DNA of 64,000 nt from Nitrospirales bacterium (lineage in GTDB: Bacteria; Nitrospirota; Nitrospiria; Nitrospirales; UBA8639), in the NCBI GenBank assembly GCA_012270585.1, contig JAAXIB010000020.1:13187-77186 (forward strand). Reading direction: 5' to 3'. Shown here one piece after another: positions 1 through 8,055 of this stretch (position 1 is the stretch's first letter; each line of letters begins with the position of its first letter). A program made the position numbers and the translations under genes. The notes under the pieces are model-generated. The model was not told the DNA's origin. It worked only from the letters and a program-made list of their open reading frames with translations, and made no database searches.

Positions 1-150
1 GAGCCGGTGGAAGACGCGCTGCAGCGAATGACGGAGCACTCGCTGACGGTGATACCGGTGAGGGACCGGGAGTCCCGGAAGTTTCTGGGTGTGGTCAACA
101 TCCGGCAGATTCTGGAACTCATCACCCGAGAAGCCACCGGCGAATATTAA
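1..150 (+). CDS. C-terminal end of a CBS-domain protein (5' end outside window)
   Basis: Frame 1 is open from nt 1 to TAA at 148-150. Translation ...LTVIPVRDRESRKFLGVVNIRQILELI... has the pattern of a CBS motif C-terminus. Confidence 0.45.
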   Translation, partial: EPVEDALQRMTEHSLTVIPVRDRESRKFLGVVNIRQILELITREATGEY

Positions 151-223
151 GCCTATGAATCTCGCATCGACGACCGAATCATATCCAAAAGAGACAAAAG
201 AAAACCTCATGGTCAAGAGACGG

Positions 224-252
224 TTGACAATTCCCAGACAATCAGAAATAAT
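224..252 (+). promoter_or_regulatory. candidate sigma70-type promoter upstream of the 51-aa ORF
   Basis: TTGACA (224-229), 17-nt spacer, AATAAT (247-252), in an AT-rich intergenic stretch. Confidence 0.35.
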
Positions 253-324
253 ACAATTTGTAGAATTAGCAAAGAAAAGAGAAGGGTTCAATGACTTTCA
301 GATCATTGGATAAGAAGGTGCGCT

Positions 325-480
325 ATGGATGAAAAAACAAATAAGGACGTAGAGCCCGAGAAGGTGGAGTCCGAGCCCCTGGAGTCTGAACTCCTGGATG
401 ACGACGAGATGGACAAGATCGTCGGCGGCAATGCGCCCTACAGCCACGCGCCTGATGGCACGCCTTGGAAGCCCCAGTAA
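325..480 (+). CDS. 51-aa peptide with double-glycine-type leader motif (candidate secreted or modified peptide precursor)
   Basis: ATG at 325 preceded by GAAGGTG 5-6 nt upstream, TAA at 478-480. Translation is MDEKTNKDVEPEKVESEPLESELLDDDEMDKIVGG|NAPYSHAPDGTPWKPQ. Below the 60-aa cutoff of the ORF track. Confidence 0.5.
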   Translation: MDEKTNKDVEPEKVESEPLESELLDDDEMDKIVGGNAPYSHAPDGTPWKPQ

Positions 481-637
481 TTTTCCCCTCGTCTGTCCCT
501 TCACCTACCGTTGGTGCCTTTCTTCGAGTCGGGCTCACCATGCCGACGTGTCGCTCGCCTGTTTGACCCCGTGACGTTGCGGCCCCGAGTCGCCTTCAAC
601 CGCCTATCTCCCGGCATCCTGCCGCCCCATAATTGCC

Positions 638-1936
638 TTGATAGGCAATTTTCATTATAGTGTTCAACCAAGAACAGGCCCAAAGTCTTTCCTCGAAGCT
701 TGTCCCGGTCCAGTCCGGAATGAGATCTTTCGGGAGGGTATCAGAATCAGATACCGTCCGGAAACGCCTCTGATGCTAGAGCCACCATCAGCCTATGTCG
801 AGGGTTATGCGAAGGCCCGTCTTTCGGATCAGTTAGGGGCCGACAACTACGTCAAGCATACCACCATGGGTGATCCCGTGCTGGATCCGGTCATGGAGGA
901 ACTCTCCTCCTTGCCGCCTGCCGCCCTGCATCGGTTTCTCGAGGCGGGGATAGAGCAGGATGAGGATGATCTTCGGGATGCGCCGCAGGCCCTGCGCGAT
1001 TTCTTCAACAATTTGGAAGAGCCTCCCTGGCTGGACTACCAAGCGTTTCGTCCGGGAATTCTGGTCTTCAACGAAAACGTCCAACTCATGCTCGTCGCCT
1101 TCGTGACGGGGGTTCTGGTGGAAGGCTTCGCGACGATGATCGCCAAGTCTTTCAATATTACCAAGCGGGTGGCATTGACCACCAGACGCCTCCGGCAGAA
1201 TAACCGCCAACTGCTGGAAATCTTTTACCCCGGCGGGTTGCGAAGAGACGGGGACGGCTGGAAACTTTCTACGCGCGTGCGCTTCGTGCATGCTCGCATC
1301 AGGAACCTGTTGGCGAAATCCGACGATTGGAAACATGACGCGTGGGGCACACCGCTGAGCGCGGCACACTTGGGGTTTGCCATCTCCGTCTTTTCCAAAC
1401 GCCTGCTGGATTATTCGTCGTTGGTGGGGGCGCGTTTCAGCGAGGAAGAAAAAGAGAGTGTACTGGCCGTGTGGCGCTACGCCGGCTATCTCATGGGCAT
1501 CCCTGAAACCATCCTCTATACCGACGGCGCGGAGGCGGACAAGATTTACCGCATCGGGTATATGTGCGAGCCGCCGCCGGATGTCGATTCCATCACCATG
1601 GCGAATGCCTTGATCCAGTCCATTCCCGTAGTAGCGGGCATTACGGATCCGGGGGAAAAGCAAAAACTGATCGGGTTGGCCTACCGCCTTTCACGCGCGC
1701 TCCTTGGGAACCAACTCGCTGATCAGTTCCAGTATCCAAAGGACTCGACCATCGGAACATTGTTTCTTTTCCGGAACAAACAACGCATGCAACGCTGGGG
1801 CAAACGCTGGTTCAAGAAAGGCGGGGTCAGATCAGAAAATTTTTCTCAACTTCTTCAAATCTCGGTGTATGACGAAGGAGGCTTGAGTTACAAGTTGCCT
1901 GATCATGCTCACACCTCAAAATCGAATCCCTGGTAA
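638..1936 (+). CDS. DUF2236 / MpaB-like oxygenase family protein (start uncertain)
   Basis: 432-aa ORF. The central segment ...RRLRQNNRQLLEIFYPGGL...WKLSTRVRFVHARIRNLL...WGTPLSAAHL... resembles the MpaB/DUF2236 core. The annotated start is a non-ATG codon inside a hairpin; ATG at 773 (MLEPP...) is an alternative. Confidence 0.5.
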   Translation: MIGNFHYSVQPRTGPKSFLEACPGPVRNEIFREGIRIRYRPETPLMLEPPSAYVEGYAKARLSDQLGADNYVKHTTMGDPVLDPVMEELSSLPPAALHRFLEAGIEQDEDDLRDAPQALRDFFNNLEEPPWLDYQAFRPGILVFNENVQLMLVAFVTGVLVEGFATMIAKSFNITKRVALTTRRLRQNNRQLLEIFYPGGLRRDGDGWKLSTRVRFVHARIRNLLAKSDDWKHDAWGTPLSAAHLGFAISVFSKRLLDYSSLVGARFSEEEKESVLAVWRYAGYLMGIPETILYTDGAEADKIYRIGYMCEPPPDVDSITMANALIQSIPVVAGITDPGEKQKLIGLAYRLSRALLGNQLADQFQYPKDSTIGTLFLFRNKQRMQRWGKRWFKKGGVRSENFSQLLQISVYDEGGLSYKLPDHAHTSKSNPW

Positions 1937-1998
1937 ATGATGTTCGTGATTAAACGACAGCTTCGCCGTGTTCCGTTTGTCGTCGCTCTCAGCCGCTG

Positions 1999-4296
1999 AT
2001 GGTCACCGCGATGACACCTTTGGACCGCTACATCGTCGCAATTCTGCGCCGCCGGTGGTCGGTCGTTGTGCTGGCTACGCTGCTCATGCTGGTCATGACG
2101 GCGGGTGCTCGCTTGATCATGGTTTCGAACGATTACCGTATCCTGTTCGGCGAAGACAATCCTCAGCTCCTCACGTTCGACGCTCTGGAGAACACCTACT
2201 CCGCGTCGAATTCGGCACTGATCGCCATCGCGCCTCGCGAAAGCTTGGTGTTCACCCGGGAGACGCTCGGCGCGATTGAGGAATTGACCGAAGCCGCGTG
2301 GCGCACCCCGTATTCCATTCGGATCGACTCCCTCACCAACGTTTTTCACAGCGAGGCGTTCGGCGACGATCTGGTCGTCGCCCCGCTCGTGGAGGACGCC
2401 CGATCGAGGAGTGATGAGGAACTGGCGCGAATCGAGACGATCGCGTTGAACGAATCCCAGATAGCCGGGCGGTTGATCTCCGCTGACGGGCGCGTGGCCG
2501 GACTGGCCATCAATTTCGTCCTGCCGGAGAACCCGGACCGGGCCGTGATCGAAATTACCGATTATCTCAATTCGCTCTTGGACCAGGCCCACGCGAGTCA
2601 CCCGGACATCGACTATTACATGACCGGCTACGTGGTTGTGAACCGGGCTTTCGCCGACGTCACACAGGAAGAGATGCAAACCCTGGTGCCGATGGGGTTT
2701 CTCTTCATTATCGGCTTGGCGATCATGCTCCTGCGCTCGGTTCTCGGAACGGTAGCCATTGTCGCCGTTCTCCTCTTCGTTATCAACTCCACCATGGGAT
2801 TCGCCGGCTGGAGCGGCATGGTGCTGAGCCCCACCAACTCCGGCGTGCCGGTGATCGTCATGGTGATAGCCATTGCGGATTCCATTCACATCGTCACGAG
2901 TGTTCTCCTGGGTATGAGGCGCGGTCTGGACAGAAACGCGGCGATTGTCGAATCGATTCGCATCAATACCTACCCGGTCTTTCTCACCTCGATCACGACT
3001 GCGATCGGATTCCTCAGCCTGAACGGCTCGGATTCGCCGCCTTTTCACGTCCTGGGTAACCTTGTGGCCTTCGGCGTCTTGTGCGCCTTCGTCTACACCA
3101 TGACGCTGCTGCCGGCTTTGCTCTCGATTCTGCCGTTGCGCGCACCCCGAGTCCGGTCGGAGGGAACCGCCTTCTTCGACCGCTTTGCCGACTTTGTCAT
3201 CGCCCGACGCACATTTCTGCTCTGGTCCTTTACCCTGGTCGTCGTTGGTCTGATCACCGGCATTCCCCGCATCGAGTTGGGCGATAACCTGACGCAGTTT
3301 TTTGATAAGCGTTACCAAGTCCGGCGCGATGCCGATTACATCGTTGAAAACCTGACCGGCTTGGAGAAGCTGGAATATTCCCTGAATGCCGGACGTGAAG
3401 GGGGCGTGACCGACCCCGACTATCTGCGCAAGGTCGAGGCGTTTACCGAATGGTACCGGCAGCAACCCGAAGTGACCCACGTCCAAGCTTTTTCGGACAT
3501 TATGAAACGTCTCAACAAAAACATGCACGGCGATGACCCGGCCTTCTATCGCCTGCCTGAAAACCAGGATCTTGCGGCGCAGTACCTGTTGTTGTACGAG
3601 TTTTCGCTTCCGTTCGGCAGCGACCTCAACGATCGCATTGACGTCGCCAAATCCGCGACGCGCATGGCCGTCGTGACCAAGGACGGGAACTCTCGATCAC
3701 TGCGGGAACTCGATCAGCGCGCACAGTTCTGGCTCCGCACCAATATACCCGATTTTGCGCAGGAGGCCTCCGGGCTGAGCATCATCGTGGCTCATATGAC
3801 GCAACGAAACATCGACAGCATGTTGGGCAGTACGATCTTCGCCATGGCCCTTATCTCCTTCATCCTGATCGGGGTGTTCAAGAGCGTCCGGATCGGCCTC
3901 CTCAGCCTTCTCCCCAATTTCATCCCTGCACTGATGAGCTTCGGCTTGTGGGGCCATTTCGTCGGTCGCCTGGGCATCGTCTCTTCAGTGGTCGTCGCCG
4001 TCTGCTTCGGAATCGTGGTGGACGATACGATTCATTTTCTGAGCAAATATCTGAAGGCCCGCCGGGAGGGGCTTTCAGCACCCGAGGCCGTGCGCTCCAC
4101 CTTTCACACCGTGGGCCATGCGTTATGGACCACGACCGCGGTCCTGTCGGCGGGTTTTCTGGTGTTCACCATGTCGGGCTTCGAACTCAGTTGGGTGCTC
4201 GGTCTTATGGTTACGATCACGATCGTCTTCGCGATCGCCGCCGATTTCCTGCTGCTTCCTCCTCTGCTGATTGCCCTGGACCGGAGAAATCAATGA
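1999..4296 (+). CDS. RND-superfamily (MMPL/HpnN-like, COG1033-type) exporter
   Basis: 765 aa with two repeated halves. Each half has a large loop followed by a hydrophobic bundle (e.g. ...SIHIVTSVLLGMRRG... and ...DDTIHFLSKYLKARREG...), typical of RND/SSD exporters. Confidence 0.85.
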   Translation: MVTAMTPLDRYIVAILRRRWSVVVLATLLMLVMTAGARLIMVSNDYRILFGEDNPQLLTFDALENTYSASNSALIAIAPRESLVFTRETLGAIEELTEAAWRTPYSIRIDSLTNVFHSEAFGDDLVVAPLVEDARSRSDEELARIETIALNESQIAGRLISADGRVAGLAINFVLPENPDRAVIEITDYLNSLLDQAHASHPDIDYYMTGYVVVNRAFADVTQEEMQTLVPMGFLFIIGLAIMLLRSVLGTVAIVAVLLFVINSTMGFAGWSGMVLSPTNSGVPVIVMVIAIADSIHIVTSVLLGMRRGLDRNAAIVESIRINTYPVFLTSITTAIGFLSLNGSDSPPFHVLGNLVAFGVLCAFVYTMTLLPALLSILPLRAPRVRSEGTAFFDRFADFVIARRTFLLWSFTLVVVGLITGIPRIELGDNLTQFFDKRYQVRRDADYIVENLTGLEKLEYSLNAGREGGVTDPDYLRKVEAFTEWYRQQPEVTHVQAFSDIMKRLNKNMHGDDPAFYRLPENQDLAAQYLLLYEFSLPFGSDLNDRIDVAKSATRMAVVTKDGNSRSLRELDQRAQFWLRTNIPDFAQEASGLSIIVAHMTQRNIDSMLGSTIFAMALISFILIGVFKSVRIGLLSLLPNFIPALMSFGLWGHFVGRLGIVSSVVVAVCFGIVVDDTIHFLSKYLKARREGLSAPEAVRSTFHTVGHALWTTTAVLSAGFLVFTMSGFELSWVLGLMVTITIVFAIAADFLLLPPLLIALDRRNQ

Positions 4297-4364
4297 TTCC
4301 CACCCGCGAAGAAGGTTCGACCATTTGACCGCTTGCAAGTGAACCCCTTGCTCAGGAGCATACG

Positions 4365-5738
4365 ATGGAAACAAAACGAGTCGTCGTAATCGGCGGAGGA
4401 GCGGCCGGGCTGAGTGCCGCCTACACCCTGAAAAAGCACGGCATCAACGCCATCTTGCTTGAGGCTAACGACCGGGTCGGCGGACGTCTGGGCGGGGACA
4501 GGGTCAACGGCTTTTTTATAGACGAGGGTGCCGACTTCTTCACGCCTTCCTACGACGTTGCTTTTCGCTTGTGCGAGGAATTGGGATTGCCCTTGCTTCG
4601 CTCGAAGATGAACCTCGGCTGGTATAGAAACGGTCGGTGGCTTGCGACTTCCCCGATCGTCTCCCTTCGCACCTTCATCCAGAACGTACCAAGTTTTTGG
4701 AGATTGGGAATGTTGTCCCTTGGAGCCATGAAGTTTGTTAAGATGGTCAAAGATCAATCGGAGTACCTGAATTTCCACAGCGACTGTCGGATCGTCGAGC
4801 TGGACGGGGAGGAGAACGCCCATGACTACATGGAAAGGGTCGGTGTGCCCGAGCACCTGAGGGTGACGTTGCAGGGATTCCTGGAGATGACCATGGGCAC
4901 GCTCGAACAAATGGGTGCTGCCTACGCACTGACGTACTTGTCCGATATCATGATGAAGGCCGATAAACTACTTGTGCCGGAGAAGGGAGTCGGTGCCCTG
5001 TCCCACGCGCTGGCCGACAAATTGGGAGACATGATTCGCGTCTCCACACCCGTCAGAAAAGTGATCATCAAGGAAGGGGTTGTGACCGGCGTGATCGTGG
5101 ATGACGGCCCCATCGAAGCGGAGGCGGTCATCTGTGCCACCTCTGCCTCTATGGTGCCCAAAATCATTTCCGACCTGCCCGACGGAATTCGCCAGGTGCT
5201 CAGCAAGGTAGGCTATTCCAAGGGCTGTCGAGTGGTGATCGGCTTAGACCATCCCCCTCTTCCCCCGGGATGGCATGGGGCGTTGTATCCGGAGGACGAA
5301 ACTCCATTGCTGCTGGACCGCTCCATCAACCTGCCCGCCTGCGTGCCGCCGGGTAAGAGCACGCTCGACCTGCTCGTCGGTCGTGACCGCGCCGAGGAGT
5401 TGTTCCCACTGGACGACGAGGAAATCAAACGCCGGATGCTTGGCGATGCGCGCCGGAACCCCCCGCCTGGTTCCAATCTCCCCGGCGACGACGAGGGGTT
5501 GTTTACTCGCGTGTACCGCTGGCGGGAGGCGGTGTGCATGGGGCCGCCCGGCATGTTCAAGGCAGTGGCCCGGATGCGCCAACGCGACCGGGCTGTGAAG
5601 AACCTTTTCCTGGCAGGCGACTACATGCGGGTGCCCTGCGTGAATGGCGCCTTGGCCAGCGGCGTCGATGCGGCCGAGGAGGTTGTGGAACTTCTGGGAT
5701 CTCGTCCCTTGCAAGAGCGGGCGTCCGGTGCTTTTTGA
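4365..5738 (+). CDS. FAD-dependent oxidoreductase (amine oxidase / phytoene desaturase-like)
   Basis: N-terminal dinucleotide fold VVVIGGGAAGLSAAYTLKKHG...LEANDRVGGR, C-terminal FLAGDY motif, 457 aa. Confidence 0.75.
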   Translation: METKRVVVIGGGAAGLSAAYTLKKHGINAILLEANDRVGGRLGGDRVNGFFIDEGADFFTPSYDVAFRLCEELGLPLLRSKMNLGWYRNGRWLATSPIVSLRTFIQNVPSFWRLGMLSLGAMKFVKMVKDQSEYLNFHSDCRIVELDGEENAHDYMERVGVPEHLRVTLQGFLEMTMGTLEQMGAAYALTYLSDIMMKADKLLVPEKGVGALSHALADKLGDMIRVSTPVRKVIIKEGVVTGVIVDDGPIEAEAVICATSASMVPKIISDLPDGIRQVLSKVGYSKGCRVVIGLDHPPLPPGWHGALYPEDETPLLLDRSINLPACVPPGKSTLDLLVGRDRAEELFPLDDEEIKRRMLGDARRNPPPGSNLPGDDEGLFTRVYRWREAVCMGPPGMFKAVARMRQRDRAVKNLFLAGDYMRVPCVNGALASGVDAAEEVVELLGSRPLQERASGAF

Positions 5739-5763
5739 GTCCTAACATTGATAGGAGGAACGT

Positions 5764-6585
5764 ATGATCAACGCTTATTCCCCCAGATCGGTGCTCTTGT
5801 TTGTGGCACCCTGCTTGGCCTTATTGTCTTGGCTGGGGATGCCGCCCCTCGTGCACTCGGCCACCCCCGAGGAAATCGGGCTCAACATCGCGACTGCCGC
5901 CAGCGACAAGGATGAGGGATTTGGCAATTTCACGGCCACCCAAGTCATGGTGCTGCGTAACAAGCAAGGGCAGGAGAGCCGGCGTCAACTCCACGTCAAG
6001 GTGCTGGAGGTCGCCGACGACGGCGACAAAAGCCTGATGCTGTTCGACGAGCCGCGCGACGTCAAGGGGACCGCGCTGCTCACCCACGGCCATAAGCAGG
6101 AGGCGGACGACCAATGGCTCTATCTCCCCGCGCTGAAACGCGTCAAGCGGATCAGTTCGTCGAACAAATCCGGCTCCTTCATGGGTAGCGAATTCTCCTA
6201 TGAGGACCTGAGTACCCCGGAGGTGGAAAAATTCACCTATCGGTACCTGCGGGACGAACCGTGCGGGGACTTGACGTGCACGGTTACGGAGCGGTTCCCG
6301 GTGGACAAGAAAGCCTCGGGCTACAGCCGCCAAGTGGTCTGGCGCGACAAGGACGAACTGCGCACCTGGAAAGTCGAGTACTACGACCGCAAGGACGCGC
6401 ATTTGAAGACGCTCACCATCGGGAAGTACCAGCAATACCTGGACAAGTACTGGCGCGCCGGTGAGATGAACATGGTCAATCATCTCACGGGCAAGAGTAC
6501 CGTGTTGACCTGGACGGATTATCAGTTCCGGACCAAACTCAAAGATCGTGACTTCAGTAAGACCGGATTGAAACGGGCGCGGTGA
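5764..6585 (+). CDS. outer-membrane lipoprotein-sorting (LolA-like) protein
   Basis: Signal peptide, then DQWLYLPALKRVKRISSSNKSGSFMGSEFSYEDL, a signature of the LolA-like family that accompanies COG1033 exporters. Confidence 0.75.
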   Translation: MINAYSPRSVLLFVAPCLALLSWLGMPPLVHSATPEEIGLNIATAASDKDEGFGNFTATQVMVLRNKQGQESRRQLHVKVLEVADDGDKSLMLFDEPRDVKGTALLTHGHKQEADDQWLYLPALKRVKRISSSNKSGSFMGSEFSYEDLSTPEVEKFTYRYLRDEPCGDLTCTVTERFPVDKKASGYSRQVVWRDKDELRTWKVEYYDRKDAHLKTLTIGKYQQYLDKYWRAGEMNMVNHLTGKSTVLTWTDYQFRTKLKDRDFSKTGLKRAR

Positions 6586-7958
6586 TGCGAGGTCGTGGCG
6601 CTCGTTACCCCGTGGCCCTCACGGCGATCTGGCTGGTGGCAGCGATTGTTGCCGCCGAAGCCCATGCGGAATTCGAGATCGTGGCTCAGGAATTGTCCGG
6701 GCGCGTGAGCCTGGAAGGCCGTGCCTTTCCGGAAACCGGCATTGATCCCACGCATCAGCGCTCGTATACGACAGGCTTTGTGGTGGAGCCCAAACTCTAC
6801 TTGGAAGAGGCCGAGGGGAGCAGTTTCACCCTGGTGCCGTTCTTTCGCTACGACAGCGCGGACTCAGTCCGCACCCACTGGGATCTGCGGGAAGCGTACG
6901 TTCTGCTGTTCGGCGAGCTCGGCGAGGGCGAATGGGAGGTGCGGCTGGGCGTGGACCGGGTGTTCTGGGGTGTCGCCGAATCGCAACACCTGGTCGACAT
7001 CATCAACCAGATCGACTTCCTCGAACATCCCAACGGCGAGGTGAAGTTGGGGCAACCCATGGTTCACGTGACGTGGACCGGCGATTGGGGTGCCTTGGAA
7101 TTCTTCGGGCTGCCGTATCACCGCCCGCGTATCTACCCGGGCCAAGGCGGTCGCCTGCGCTTTGCAGGACTCGTGAACCGCGATCAGGTGGAGTATGAAA
7201 GCGGGGCCGAAGAGTGGCATCCGGATTTCGCGGCCCGTTACAGTCACAGCTTCGGCCCCCTGGATATCGGCCTGAGTGTGTTCAATGGTACAAGCCGGGA
7301 AGCGAGCCTGATTTGTATGCCGCCTGCTTGTAAGCTGACCGGGGTCAGTGATGTCTCCAATGTCTGGATTCCGTACTACACGCAGATCCGCCAGTTTGGG
7401 CTGGATGCGCAACTGACGCTCGACGCCTGGCTGTTCAAGTTTGAGGCGATGCATCGCTCGGGCGAACGCAACCTCCTCGGTCGGGAACAGGAGTTCGTAG
7501 AGGAGTACATGGCTGCCGCGGTAGGGGCAAGTGGATTCGACGATCTAGCCGGCACCCTTCGGGAAGAAGAATACATGGCCGCCGTGGTGGGAGGCGAATA
7601 CACGTTCTATTCCGTCTTTGGTTCTACGGCCGACATCGGCCTGCTGGCCGAATGGAATTATGACGAGCGGGGCCGGCGAGCGCTTCCCAGGCGCCAGCCC
7701 ATGACTCTAGACAACGATTTTTTCCTGGGTGCGCGTTTTGCGTTCAACGACATCCAGAGCACCGAGATCACTGCCGCGTTTTTGACGGACGCGAGCCGTG
7801 AAACCCGCACGTTGGCCGTCGAATTCGACCGGCGGCTCTTCGATCAATGGTCCCTGTACGCGGCGGCGAACATGATTCTCAGCATCGACCCATTGGATCT
7901 TCAATACGTGGGGCGACGCGACGGCTTCTTCGAGTTCCACTTGGAGTACAATTTCTAG
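6582..7958 (+). CDS. putative outer-membrane beta-barrel protein
   Basis: Overlaps the upstream stop by 4 nt. Has a signal peptide (…AAEAHA|EFE), alternating hydrophobic pattern and a C-terminal ...HLEYNF aromatic terminus. Confidence 0.5.
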   Translation: MMRGRGARYPVALTAIWLVAAIVAAEAHAEFEIVAQELSGRVSLEGRAFPETGIDPTHQRSYTTGFVVEPKLYLEEAEGSSFTLVPFFRYDSADSVRTHWDLREAYVLLFGELGEGEWEVRLGVDRVFWGVAESQHLVDIINQIDFLEHPNGEVKLGQPMVHVTWTGDWGALEFFGLPYHRPRIYPGQGGRLRFAGLVNRDQVEYESGAEEWHPDFAARYSHSFGPLDIGLSVFNGTSREASLICMPPACKLTGVSDVSNVWIPYYTQIRQFGLDAQLTLDAWLFKFEAMHRSGERNLLGREQEFVEEYMAAAVGASGFDDLAGTLREEEYMAAVVGGEYTFYSVFGSTADIGLLAEWNYDERGRRALPRRQPMTLDNDFFLGARFAFNDIQSTEITAAFLTDASRETRTLAVEFDRRLFDQWSLYAAANMILSIDPLDLQYVGRRDGFFEFHLEYNF

Positions 7959-8015
7959 CCGGTTCATGAACGGACAACCACGGGGGTTGTCCCTACACAG
8001 ACATTGGCCTTGTAG

Positions 8016-8047
8016 GGGACGGCCCCTGTGCCGTCCCGAATATTTTT
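8016..8047 (+). terminator. rho-independent terminator of the export-like operon
   Basis: GGGACGGC-CCCTGT-GCCGTCCC stem-loop followed by GAATATTTTT. A second hairpin GGACAACC-ACGG-GGGTTGTCC lies just upstream. Confidence 0.6.
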
Positions 8048-8055
8048 CCGCGCTC

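Noticed and set aside
89-313. 74-aa ORF overlapping the end of the CBS-domain gene and the AT-rich spacer.
   Set aside because: It overlaps a better-supported frame at its 5' end and runs through the predicted promoter of the 51-aa ORF. It has no RBS and low-complexity composition.
1909-3528. Very long antisense ORFs opposite real genes. Examples: 1909-3528(-), 833-1663(-), 41223-42608(+), 48385-49188(+), 34848-35651(+), 55100-55933(-), 5821-6483(-).
   Set aside because: They lie opposite genes with clear family signatures. Their translations are Arg/Pro/Gly/His-rich low-complexity sequence typical of the antisense frames of GC-rich coding DNA, and they lack RBS and start context.
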